Below, piece by piece: positions 1 through 16,995 of a stretch of 64,000 nt of DNA. The DNA is from Antedon mediterranea (taxonomy: Eukaryota; Animalia; Echinodermata): positions 11,988,101 through 12,052,100 of the forward strand of contig NC_092677.1 of assembly GCF_964355755.1 (NCBI RefSeq), read 5' to 3'. The notes under the pieces were generated by a model. It was not told the DNA's origin, made no database searches, and saw only the letters and a list, made by a program, of their open reading frames with translations. Position numbers and translations under genes: made by a program. Every line of letters begins with the position of its first letter. Position 1 is the first letter of the stretch.

Positions 1-1210
1 ATATGTTTAAAAAATCCTTGTGAGATTTAAACTAGTATATTTAAACGACTGACTTTTACAAAGAGACTGTGAAACACTTGCCGTTATGTATCACTTTTAA
101 CTCAACTAAAGCGGGAAGTTGGCTTAGAACACACGTGATAGTGATGCGTTAACATGTGGTTATGACGTCTAGTGTAATATGCTCTTAGAAAATTACTTTC
201 AATTTTAGAAAAAAAAAAATTTCCAGCCAGGTTGATGACATTCAACTATTATTGAAGTTTCAATTATGTTATTATACTGTATCTCTCTTAAAACTACTTG
301 GCAGATAATTAAACAAAATTTATGAATACTGTACTGTACAATACAGTCGCGTAGTATACAGTAGTTGCTGATAACTCTGTGTTGTTTTTTAAACTATGTA
401 TGAATTGAATATTTTGATATTGATGTAATTTGGTGAAAACAAGCGTTTCGCATTAAAACGCTATAAAGTACTGTAGAGAGGTTCATAAAAACATAATTTT
501 AGCTTCAAGAAAATCAATTTTTTTATTTTTTTTATTAAACGTCTGCCATTCAGCTGTGAATAGGCTGGTGTACTATAGTTTAATTACAATCTGGCTAATT
601 AATTAACCAGTATGTTAAGGCTAAACAGACTTAGTGTCACTTTATGAAAACAAAATATCCATTTCCTAGTGTCTGTATTCACATTTCTTGGCGCCACTGA
701 TGATTTTTTTGTACAAATAATTCACAACCATGTCAGTATTGAAAAAATGTATTATTACGTATCAACAAGATTAAAATACATATATTTCCATGGTAACTAG
801 TCACATGTATTTCATGAGTATATTGTAACACAGGAAATAATAAGACGTAAACCATCCATAAGGGAAACTACAGTATACCCCAAACATAAACCACTTTCTT
901 TTCTTTATCTATAAATTATTATAGAAAAAAAACCCAATGTATTTTCTATCAGTTTTAGAAAGAAGGGATTTTTACAATTTTGTTTTAAATGTAATCTACT
1001 AAAACTAAAATATTATACTTTAATTTATAATGTTCATAAAATAATTATGAAATCTTATTAATAAAATGAAAAACTTTATTTACAATTTTAAAAATCAGTA
1101 TTGTATGATAAATGGTTTGCACATTATTATTATATATAGCAATACACAGTAATACTTCTTAGAAACTTTTAATTTTTGTACTGTGGACAAATAAAATGTG
1201 TTTTTCTTAC

Positions 1211-4200
1211 CATCTCCATGGGATATTTCAATGGTGGGATCCTTCTCCAGATCAGAGTCTGATTTGTCTTGAGTACTGGAAGTAAACATGAACAAATGTT
1301 ACTAACAATATTCATATGGTTACAGAAATTTATGTTAAATTTAAGTCACAATGGGCTACAATTCAATTATTAATATTTATTTCTTTCAAATAAGATAATT
1401 CTTCAAATTTTTGAAAATGAAAGTTCAATGGTAATTACAATTTGTGAAACAATGAAAGCAGCTAAGACCCAACAATATAATCATTTTGGACAATACATGA
1501 AACTTGTGTTGGCAAGCCATAAACATTTGTATAATTATAACAATGATTTTAAACATACAAATTACTACTGTAGGCCTATGTATCACAAAAAACAATAATA
1601 ACACACAAAAACAATACAGTTAACAAACAGTAAAGTACTGTATCATAGGAAAAATACATTTTAATATAATGTATTTTTTTTCCACTTACCTAAAATAAAA
1701 ATGAATAGGTTTTGTCAAAATACGAACCATGATTTCAAACTACACTAAATTGGAATAATTCACTTTTTACCAAAACAATAAATTCCTGCTAAGTCGATAG
1801 GAAAACCTCCAATACAATCAATTATCTACAGTACTGTAGTAATGTGTAATTTGTGCCTGCACAACAGCTTTGGAATCCAAGGAAAAAAAGTTGTCTAAAT
1901 CTAGTTAAACAAATCTCTTTAAACTTTGAATTGATTCAAGACCAGCTTGAATCAAGTGTAACGAATTATAGGAGTCCTCCGTGTTGGCTAGCTATTCGGT
2001 GACTTACCTGTCGGCTACAAAGCGTCGCATTTTTATGGCCGAGACTGAATGCGATTGTAATGAATCTACTAATGAAGCGCACCACCCTTATAATATTCCC
2101 TCGTTTACAATCACTTCCCGAGAATTGAAACATGTACTCAAGGAACAATTACAATTGATGACAAGACTGTAATCACAACTTACATCAACTCCCAAAAACA
2201 GCAACCATGGTGACTACATTCATCCAGGTAATTTTTTCAATACAATGGCGTCCCTCGGAGACAAATCATCGAGGTGTGACTATGTTGAGATCATTCACCG
2301 ACGGAAAGAGGCAGAGATTAGTAAACAAATTTACTATTCAACTTGGAATTGATCTGACTATCTCGTTTATTTGACTAATTACTAAGAATACCATCCTGCC
2401 TGGATGATATGAATCATGTAACATACAGCAACGTGGTAGCGGCATTACTTGAACTTGGAGGCATGCCAGGAAACGACAGGAGTGTTTTGAGTTTATTGTG
2501 ACTCAACTCTACAAGTTAATCAATTTTATTTCCTAGGTATAGGCACCGATGCTGAGATGGTTTGGTGTGATATCCTGGCGGCAATTTATTTTAATTATCA
2601 ATGGTGTTTTTATCATCCAAGTACAAACTTTATTGACTTGCTAATAAAAATAAGTTTTACTACTTATTCTAATTTTAAAGATCATATTGATATATTTTAG
2701 TATTCACACTGAAATCAAGTAACTGTCTGTATTACCTCCAGTCATAACTGATCTTATCTCCAACTGTATGCAACAATTTATTTACTATGATTTAAAATGT
2801 ACCACTGTACTACAGTAGTACTATTATAGGACTGTACTTACCGTTTAACAGTAGGTATATTTTTTAAGAGGTCTTATTCTTTTGTTGTGCTTTCAATGCA
2901 TAATGTGTAAGTAAGCAGATGGGGTAAGCAGATGGGGTAAGCAATGAGGGCAAGGATTAGTCAATTATTATAGAGGGATGTTCTGATATTAATTAACATT
3001 ATACTGTAGCTCTCCATCTGGAGAGAACATGGGCTATTGTTGGTTTATCTAGGTAAGCTAGGTACCAACTTAGAGTTTAGACCGTTAGTGGTATACTCAA
3101 CTTCAAGTCCTGAGAAAATAAGTGTCAAAATTATGTACTGTAACACTAACAGTAAATATAAACAGATGGATATGCATCAGTTGTAATTATATAATCCTAT
3201 ATAAGTGTTTTGTATCATCTTCATATATTATCATTGTTTTAGGCGCTTAGTGTACAAATAAAATCTTATTCACAACCTACAGGATTTCATAAGCTCCCTA
3301 AGGAATAATGAAAGTGCCTATGATAGGAAACGGTTCAAGTTAGTGGAGTGATGTTTGCCATGCGATGCTCGTTGTCTAAATTGTCAGAAACGGCAATGTG
3401 AACAATCATCAATTAGTTAATTAATTGGCAACTATTAATTACTCATCGGGGCAATTAGTTATTGATTGGTAAACAATTGAAGGTAGATTTGTCACCACAG
3501 TTTACACAAGGCTACAGCAATTGCTGAATGTGTGACAACATGGGGAAACATTTTTTTTTATTTAAACTAGTCATTTTCAATAAATTACACATTAATGAAA
3601 AAGGATAGGATATATAATTTCTTTAATACAGTAGTTTAGTTCAGTAGCTCATAACACATACAAAACTACAGACAATATATACAGTACATGCCAACATCTG
3701 AAGTTAAAAAAAGCGGGAGGTGGTGTGTTTTTTTAGGTCAATAGCGCCCTCTATTTATTATCCAGACCAGGAGAGATAAGGAGTGCAGTGTGTGACTGAC
3801 AAGTAATATTGTGCGGTGGCTATGTGAGGGGAATCACCTTTCCATTTGGAAAAAATACATTTGTAATTTTAAAACTGTTCATCAAAATGGTACTGTATGC
3901 GTTTCCTTAAAAATGTATTTGTGCAGTATGGCTGCTGTGAGTTGACATAGTAATACTCTCACGAGTGTATAGTTTACCCCTTACTATACTAGTAATACTA
4001 ACCTGTCTGTAGTTACAAAGTAAAGGCTATAGAGATGGCACAATGTGTATTTTGTATAGTGCTGCTAATAAAAAATATTAAATCTTAATCTAATAAATAT
4101 TATAGAGGGAGACATTTAAAATAAAATTTGAATATTATGATCAGGCAGTAGTCTCTAGACATGCAAGAAACAATGTACAATAATTTTAAAAAATAACAAA

Positions 4201-5085
4201 AATACATAAATAAGATAGTAGGATACATTCAAGGATCGTTTTTTTATTTTTCCCCTTTTTTATTGGAATGTGACATAACATAAATAAGACTGCTGTAGTA
4301 TCAAAGTTGTAGTTTATTGTAGTTTTAATTATGCAAGCAAAATTAGTTTCCATTTTCAAATTAATTGGGACCAATACAATTTCTTGAAAGCTGAGGGAGT
4401 CATTCAAGATTTATTTTATTTTCTTTACTACTTTAACTAAATAAATAATAATACTGACCAGCACATATGCCCCCGCATATGCCTAGTAGTAGTAAAATTT
4501 TAACAAAACATTTGTTCAAAACAAAATTGATAAAATATAAAGCATTTTTTCATAATAATTTAATTATTATGTTTCAAATAATTAAAAGAAATGAGAAACG
4601 AATGTACACAAAGTCCTACTAAACTTATTAATAATATAGGCCCCCCATATTTCTATTATTATATATATAATAATTAATATATTGGTAGAGCTGAACTAGC
4701 CTAGGCCTAGTCTAGGAAATAATTCCCTTACCTTCTTAATCCTTATAAAATTAGTAGTAACTGACTCCCCCCGACAACTAGCTACCCACCACTAACTTAA
4801 CTAGGGCCAGGCCTACACTAACCAGCAGAGAGCAGCACTGGCTCTACTTCTTGCAAAAATGCAGGCAGACAATTGGCAGAACAAGATGGTGTCAAAGTGC
4901 ATTATCCAGCCAGGCAGGCTGTACGTGTGCAGGTTGTGTAGTGTACAAAACAAGATGTCGCTGAACAACCAACAAAATGAACAACCAGATCATGTTTCAA
5001 ATTCAATATTTATTAATATTTCACTTTATTAACAGAAATATATATATGCTCACCCTGTATCTAAAGTAGTACCTATCAAATCCAT
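1211..5085 (-). CDS. 5' coding exons of a gene running off the left edge; probable upstream stimulatory factor (USF)-like bHLH-Zip transcription factor
   Basis: Exon 5054-5085 (ATG...ACAGG|GTGAGC, phase 2) splices in frame to exon 1211-1275 (TTCCAG|...GATG|GTAAG), giving MDLIGTTLDTGTQDKSDSDLEKDPTIEISHGD. This resembles recalled N-termini of USF2 (MDMLDPGLD...SHDKG..EEGVEL.EG) and sea-urchin USF. The diagnostic QYQFRT and bHLH regions are not in the window, so identity is tentative. Confidence 0.45.
2008..2030 (-). CDS. Candidate alternative first coding exon of the USF-like gene
   Basis: AAAAATG CGA CGC TTT GTA GCC GAC AG|GTAAGTC: strong donor, phase 2, in frame with exon 1211-1275 (MRRFVADS-TQDKSD...). 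Lies in a locally CpG-richer segment. Confidence 0.35.
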
Positions 5086-6519
5086 GTGGTTGAAAGCGCT
5101 AACCGACTTCAAACGAATCAGAAATCTACAAGACGATCACGGGGCCAAACAACTGGTCATGTGAGGTACAAAATGGACATGTGACACAAGAAGCTAGGCC
5201 TAGCAGCTAGCTAGCTGCTGTTCAACATACGTAAATGAGAACTGATCAAGCGTGAAAAAACACTGGGTGGGTGTAACATAAAATATCAATGCGCTGTGCC
5301 TTTTTTCAGATTATAATTTTTTTGCGTATCTTCTTATATTCCCTAAAATAAGAAATAAATTTAATATTAGGCATAATTTCTTAAAATAAGTTGGAATTTA
5401 TATTTATTTTGCCCTGCATCGATTTATAGAGTTATTTATTATAAGGCGTATTTAATTTTGGCTGAAAGTAGTAATTTGGTAAATTTCCACCAATCACCTG
5501 ATATATATATCACGTGAACAATCATTACAAGTACCGATGCGATGATATTAATTATTTTTTATATATAAAATTATTTATATATATATAATTAATACTAGTA
5601 CGTACTTTACTGGTGCTGAATTTAATATCGTACGTGTCTATTGTGTCTATAAGTTGGTTAATATTTTCAAATTGAGTCGTCCTTGTGGTTTTTTCCATGT
5701 TGGGTTTATGGGTTTATTTACACCCGCTTTTTACAATTTCTTATTTCAACGAATCGTCATATCGTGTGCTACTACTACTAGCCTTTAGCCTACTATTACA
5801 AACCCTAAATTCTAACCTTTATTTTGACAATAATAGCGAATTATTATTATAATAATTTTTGACAATTTTGCGACCTGGTAACAATATCTTGTAGTCATGG
5901 ATATATCCGTATAAATGGAGAATCCAATTAATCCAAAACACATTTGAAAAGTAATTTTTGCTTATATTTTTTCAACAAAATTCCTGTAGATTTTTTGTTT
6001 TGGTTATTTTTAGTCACAATAATTACGACTAAATGATAATAGATAATATAATGCAATATGCGCATTTCCCATATGCATAGGAAATATAATATTGCATTTT
6101 TTTTCAACAAAATCGTCCAAAGACTGTTATTTATTGCAATCCACCCGCCCTGAATACTCGTTCCCCTTGTAAACAACGTGACTTTCGATTGAACAATATT
6201 ATATACCTTGATTCTGAGATTTCTTGAATTCATTTAATAACGGATCGACGACATTAACTTATCACCTTTTTTCATACTAATGAATCGGAAAAAATTGTAT
6301 TAACCATCTTTAAGAGGATCACCCGTGCAGGTCTTCATTTTAAAAAGGGTCCTTTGTCAAATCAAATTCAATTTCAAATAAATTCAATTTTTAATTCGGG
6401 ATTACAAGGCGCGCAAGATACAACGGAAAACGCGTTTTATGATATATCCACCAGTTGCGTTTAAAGAAAACGCAAATAGACAGTAGGGCGCAAACGAATT
6501 AGTCTATTGTTTTTTCAAC
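5086..6519. promoter_or_regulatory. Head-to-head intergenic/promoter region between the USF-like gene and NDUFS2
   Basis: Divergent start codons at 5085 (-) and 6520 (+). E-box-like sites GGTCATGTGA (about 5155-5164) and TCACGTGA (about 5510-5517). CpG-richer patches near both starts. Confidence 0.5.
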
Positions 6520-10911
<4,392 letters not shown>

Positions 10912-11463
10912 AGGAACAACAGGAATTTTATAAAATTATAATGAAATTAAGGAATAAAACAAGTGTTTCAAAATGAACCTAAATCCTTAGTTATATACAA
11001 GTAATTTATATAGTAGTCATATCACATTGTGAAAATAGATACTATAACAACATTGAATTGTGTTGGTTAGACTTAATGAGTTAAACTAATGACGCATTGT
11101 GCTGTGATTGAGAATAGATACATTGTTTTCTTTGTACATAAACAAACATCCGTTTAGAGATTGAATAAATATCAACAGATATATACAATTTATTTGTTTT
11201 CTATTTTGATTCCAATAAATTATAGTCAATAGCCAAACATGCAAGGACTCCTCAAGATGGCAGAATTTAAAAAGGTCCTCTAGAATGCCACATTTTATTC
11301 ACACAGTTGTTTAATTATAGAGATATATAAACTTCATTATAATACTAGAGACTTAGACCTACTTGGCAATCTGTCATTGCAGTCACAAAAATAGAATTGT
11401 ATATCTGGACCAATCAAAATTATCCTAGGCTAGCCACGTTGTTCATCTAGCCTAAATTCTGTT

Positions 11464-14400
11464 TCATATTTCTTCTATAAGTTTCTGGGTAGTTGCTGGC
11501 TTTCTGATTTTCTCAATATTATCTTCTATTTTATTCTTCACATCATTTTGTTTCTTTTCTTCGCTCTGGATGTTACCTGTACAAATCACAAAAAATAAAT
11601 GCTTCACTGAGATTCAAATATACAAGTACAGTAAATAAATGTGATAATAGCGTAAATTATAATAGCACAATACAGCAGAAGAATTTTTAAGGTACTAATA
11701 GGTATATATTTACAGAACATGCCTTTTGATTTTCAGGAAAATTGATGTTACAAAGCTTATTATATTTAAATCTGACTTACCTGTATTTTCCATATGAGTT
11801 ATTAAATAACACACACCGAAATATCAAGTAGTGAGCTCTCCGAATATAGTTTTCCCGGATACATTTTGTCAAGTACTTCATGCTTTCATTTTAATTTATT
11901 AATCAATTCAACTTTATTTATCCACTGTCACGGAGGCACAGTCCTCTAAATAATATCATTTAAATAAGTAAAATCTACTTACAATGCTCTACATGAACTA
12001 AAGTTCTTAATGCTACCAATTGCTTGTAATGTTGCATCAACCAGGATAAATAGAACTCAAGTTTCTTCTGACACTGAAAATAGTGTTTGCCAAGTTCTTG
12101 GCTCTGATGAGATGATTTACCAGAATGTTTGATAGCTAACAAAGATTAACAATTTTTATTTTAAATTGATATACTGTATTATTATTATCTTGGGATATTT
12201 ATATTCTGTTCTTTGGTGGAATCTTGGTCAGAGATCTCCAGATCAAGTCTGGTATTGTAAAAGCTTTTTGATATATTCATGAATTTCCCAAATTTGGGCT
12301 GTTATTGTATTGTTTAAAACAATACCATCTTATTTTTGTATGTGTTATATCAATTACTAAAAATGCTGTAAGTTTTCAAAATGTAGCAATATTACTGAAC
12401 CTTTTTTGCAGCATTTTCTTGCTTTGTAAAATAACTGATGTAGGTCAGAAAAGGCAGCTTGGATGTAAGTTGTATCATGCTCTTTGTCAGGTCCGGTTAG
12501 GAGGTGTAGCAGGTCCTCCACTAGGCTAGATGGAGGCAGGTTACTTCTCAATGCAGTAATCTAGTTGGCATGGAAAAACACTGTCATTTACATTTGCTAG
12601 ATATAGATTAATTTGTTTATATAAATAAGCCTACGAATTATTATTACTTTCTAACCGTCCTCATTATAACATCACACTGTCATTGACTAGTTCTAGTTGA
12701 CACATGCATTGTCTTTGAGTAATAGACCTGAAATGATAGAAAACTGAAAGTTACCTTGATATTTGCTGCAATGGCACTGTGTATTGCATCACCAACTGTC
12801 TGGTATGATTTGTTTACCCTAAAAACGTCACATACTTGAAAAACACCCTTAATGGGGAAATCATATACATACAAAATTAATTAATTTTATTTTTGTTTAT
12901 TTATTCAATCGAAACCAATAGCGATAATTACCGCCACTAACAAGTTTTGATACAAACAAAGCCAGGACTGTTTAAAGCACTTTGATTGGTCCTAACATTG
13001 ATCAAGTGCTTCTCTCGTCCAGTGCCCACCTTGACCAGAAGTCTGAGGCAGATACTAGATGCAGATATCACCAAATATATTGGGTACACTTTTTTTCAAA
13101 ATATTCTGAAACATGTATATACACATGGTAATCATAAATATTGTTAAATAAAACACCAGTAAATACCTGAGCAGACTGCAGTGGTAAGTCATAATGTTGC
13201 CCGTTGTAAAACCTTACAATATGAACATAACAATATCTGATGGTTTTATTAATGAAAAAAAGAACATGTACATACACTGGTGGCAAATATGCACAAGAAT
13301 ATACAGTACCTACTGACTGGTTTTACCACCAAAAATTGGCCAGCACCAGATGTCTAGAAATGGTAGATTTATATTGTACTGTACTTTAAAAAGTGCTTAA
13401 TTTTCTAATTATTTTTTTACTATACAAAATGCAGTTCACAAAAAATAACAATTATAGATGTTATTTTAAACATTTCACTTCAGAGGAGTTCTATGATTTT
13501 TTTTTTGTGTGTGTTGGCGATATCTGTGTATTTTTACTGTTTTATTTATGATGTGCCAGTTTTCAAAACAAATTCCTATTAATTTTTAAATGGACAAATA
13601 AAGACTATGATGTTTGTATGGAATGGTATGCATGTCAAAATTATTCGCCTTACATTACATTTGTGATATGATAGTAAAAGGATACAGAATGTTTAAACAG
13701 TTAAAACTAATAGATGGTGAGGGGGTGCCTGATTTTAACAATTGGTTAAATGGTGTGATGTTTGGTAAGATCTTTGGAACATCATCAGGTGCTGAAGTAA
13801 TTTGGTGGTTCTTATCTGAACTTCCCTTCACCTCTTTCACAAGTGACTTGTCCTAACATGCAACAAAAAATAACATTCAGAAATAAAAATTGAAAAAGTT
13901 ATTTTGCAAATGTTGAGAAGAAAACTACTCACATGATGTGACCACCAAGGAATCCAAATTTCCAGAAGGCCGCCAAATTTTTCATTTTTCAACAACTTTT
14001 CAAATCCTTCCCTTTCTTCATGTGTCAATTTTTCCCAAACAAGATCGGAATCTTTCTCTGCAAATTAAACAAAAACAAATTTCAGGAAATAGTAAAAGCT
14101 CCATTTTTGTACTAAGGGGTATCATTATGAATTTTTGGTAAGATTACAGTCTTCAAACTAGTTTGACAAATATGATATGCCCAAATATGGTAGTGATATG
14201 CCCAAATATGGTAGTGATATGACATCATCATGTCCATATATGGGTACCGGTATATCACATATTTTTGTCAAATAAAGTTTGATAGACAGAGTTTAAACAT
14301 ACTGTATACTAGATAGGTTTCTGGTTAAATGTAGCAGTTTGAAAATTTTAATTTATTTTTTAAGTGAAATAATTCTTTCTGTTCATTTTCCAGGAAAGTG

Positions 14401-15722
14401 AATAATTTTATTAATAGTACAAAATGACCTATTTATGGTTTTCTGATATTAATCTTTATTTTTCATGTTTTTAAGGATGATACATCTTTAAGATAGCAAT
14501 ATTAGACTTATCTACTGCAACACTGCCACTTAAGTGTCTATTTTACCTAAATTTAACCCTTCTAGTCTTGTTTCCAGACTTTCTTCATCACTGTTCATGT
14601 CATATTGCTGATCATCTTCTTCTAAACGCTTCAGCATGTCTAATACTTGCTGCCTTTCTTCAGAGCTGCGAGAAAAAAGAACATAAATATGATATTTACA
14701 AAGCCTGATATACAGTAGTTGATGAACGAAAATTAAACTTTTAAAAAATAAGTAGTTAGGCCAACCTTTTCTTTGTATTTTTCATTTCATCTATCACATG
14801 TTCCCTGTAAAAAGACTCTGAGCAATCAGCATGACGCTGAAAACACAGATATATAAGAAATAAAAAATGAATATTCGTGAGAGTTGGCAGTTGTTTTTAT
14901 TGTTATTTTCATTTCTGTGAATTCCCTGAATTTGCTTTCCGTCTTGGTGATAAATGTTATTTTAATTAATATTATTATTAGCGATTTGCAACACATTTCA
15001 TGAGGCATTTTCTTACCAAACTTTTGTAACAGGCTAAAGAACAGTAACTGACATTGCACCGAGGACAAACATATTTTGCTGTTTTTTGTAAGCATCTATA
15101 AAGAAGAAATTAAGAAATAACTATTTTAGTCCAAGTCCAGACAGTAGGCCTAGTACTAGTAGTAGTAGTACTCTATGTGTATGCTTTACCTCTACTCTAG
15201 TCTAGCTAGGCCCGCATTTATATCTTTTCATTCATTCATTCATCTTTTATTTCAGAAAAAAAAAAAATTCTCCATAGTTCAGTAACAAATAAGTGTACAT
15301 CATTGACTGATTAATATTAAATAATAATAGCATTTATTATCAACAATGATTACAATACAGTACTTATTATTGTTAAATTAAGTTAATCAATTAGTTTCTA
15401 CTTGTTCAACAGTAGCTTACTGATTATTACGCTTTACTATTGGCCGAATTGACTCGCATAGCAAGAGGACACACACAGACAGGTCTCGTGCTGATCCTGT
15501 GAAGGTAGCACACAAGAACTGGCCTAGCTAATAAAGTATGTTTAAATGCCTATTAAGTATTATAATACACTAAAGTATAAGTAGATGTTATCGTAAATAC
15601 AAATATGATTAAATAACATTAAACTGGAATACCTACAAGTTGCACAGTTGATGCTTTTCAACTTTAAATGCTGGATTTTTATCCTCACAAAATTTCACGT
15701 TTGCGTTCGCGGAGGCCGCCAT
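11464..15722 (-). CDS. ZNHIT2: Zinc finger HIT domain-containing protein 2 (R2TP/U5 snRNP assembly adaptor); 11 exons, about 411 aa
   Basis: Exons (minus strand) 15637-15722, 15017-15095, 14766-14836, 14547-14665, 13933-14057, 13686-13852, 13167-13236, 12755-12847, 12401-12560, 11983-12135, 11464-11576; frame-consistent. HIT finger CNLC...YVCPRCNVSYCSLACYKSLRHADCSESFYREHV, then VWEKLTHEEREGFEKLL..WIPWW, QKKLEFYLSW and C-terminal LIEEI*, all typical of ZNHIT2. Confidence 0.9.
13237..13685 (-). other. U12-type (minor spliceosome) GT-AG intron, ZNHIT2 intron 6
   Basis: 5' splice site GTATCCTTTT (13685-13676) matches the U12 consensus RTATCCTTT. Branch-point-like TTTTCATTAAT (13258-13248) lies about 11 nt before CAG with no polypyrimidine tract. 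Removal joins ...NCLNIL|YCYVHIVRFYNG in frame. Confidence 0.88.
14150..14293. mobile_element. MITE family A copy with an internal 21-bp duplication
   Basis: TCAAACTAGTTTGACAAA, (GATATGCCCAAATATGGTAGT)x2, GACATCATCATGTCCATATATGGG...TTTGATAGACAGAG. Confidence 0.7.
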
Positions 15723-16538
15723 TTTAAGTTATATTCGTTGCCAGGTTATATTTGGGATTTTCCCTAAATTGTGTGTGGGATATTTATTTTCCACTTTCCA
15801 CAATTATTTTCTATAATTATATCAAATATACTTGGGAGATTGTATGTTGTTATTTTAGTGAAAATGCCATATATTAGATGTGGTAAAGTACAAATAAAAA
15901 AAATTATTCTGTAGATAATATAATACTTTTTAATTTATTAAAAGCATCATAAGTCATTAATTATATATAGTAGGATTGAAACCTACTGTACCGCAAGAAC
16001 CAAATAATAGCACACAGATATCTTAAAATACGTCATAAAGTAGTGTTTAATCATTTATACATAGTAGGCATAATAGTTTGCTGTTTCTTCATGATTATAA
16101 AAATATAATTTAGGTTTATGAAACATTCCTGCAATTGTAGAAATGTCTAGATTTCAATATTTGCAAAAAGGAAAGTACACATTAAAATAATTAGGCTTAT
16201 CATTATGAATATCTTTCAATTATAAATTACATTCACTGTGTTATTGTAAATAACTTATGGAAATATGAAATAAATTAATAAAATATATATTATTACTCTT
16301 TCATTTATTAAAATTATAGGTGGTTTAAAATGTCACTTTTACAATAGATACATTAGAAATATAATTCATAATATTGCTTTAAAAAAATTACTTTTGAATA
16401 TTATATTGTTACTATTATACAATAATTAACTATTGTTTAAAGTAAACTTTAAATTTTACTCTACTGTTTATAAAACAAAATTTGTATTCTTCACACATAC
16501 AATGCCTCCTTAATTATTATACACAATATACATCATGG

Positions 16539-16788
16539 CAGGCCCGTTGGAACCGTTTTTGGACCCCCCCCCCCCTTTTGTGCGAACCACCCCCCCCCCC
16601 CCCCCTTTTATAATTAATTATATCAATTATAGAATATTGTAGTGTACTGTATAATTTCTCTGCATAACTCGGATTTTAGTAGATAAAAAATGTCTCTGTA
16701 AGCCGATTAAAACAACCGAAATTGCTCCGAGAGCCAAAGCTTCCAGGGGCCTTCGGTGTCAAGAAGATGCATTCTGGCTACGGGCCTA
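16539..16788. mobile_element. Non-autonomous TIR element (hAT-like termini) with 5-bp target duplication
   Basis: Termini CAGGCCCGT / ACGGGCCTA, flanked on both sides by CATGG (16534-16538 and 16789-16793); internal poly-C tracts. Confidence 0.55.
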
Positions 16789-16995
16789 CATGGTATATTG
16801 TTTGATAAAATATAATGTTGTTCATTCCTTTTGAAAGTATTTTTTATATTATACAATTTGATTTTCTAAGTTGATTGTACGATTCGTTCATTTCTATATT
16901 ATGTTAGTTATGATTATTGACACCTGTTAGTGGCGGTTTTCATTTCTGTTGGTTTTGATTGAATAAATAACAAAAAATTGTTCTTTTATCAATTG

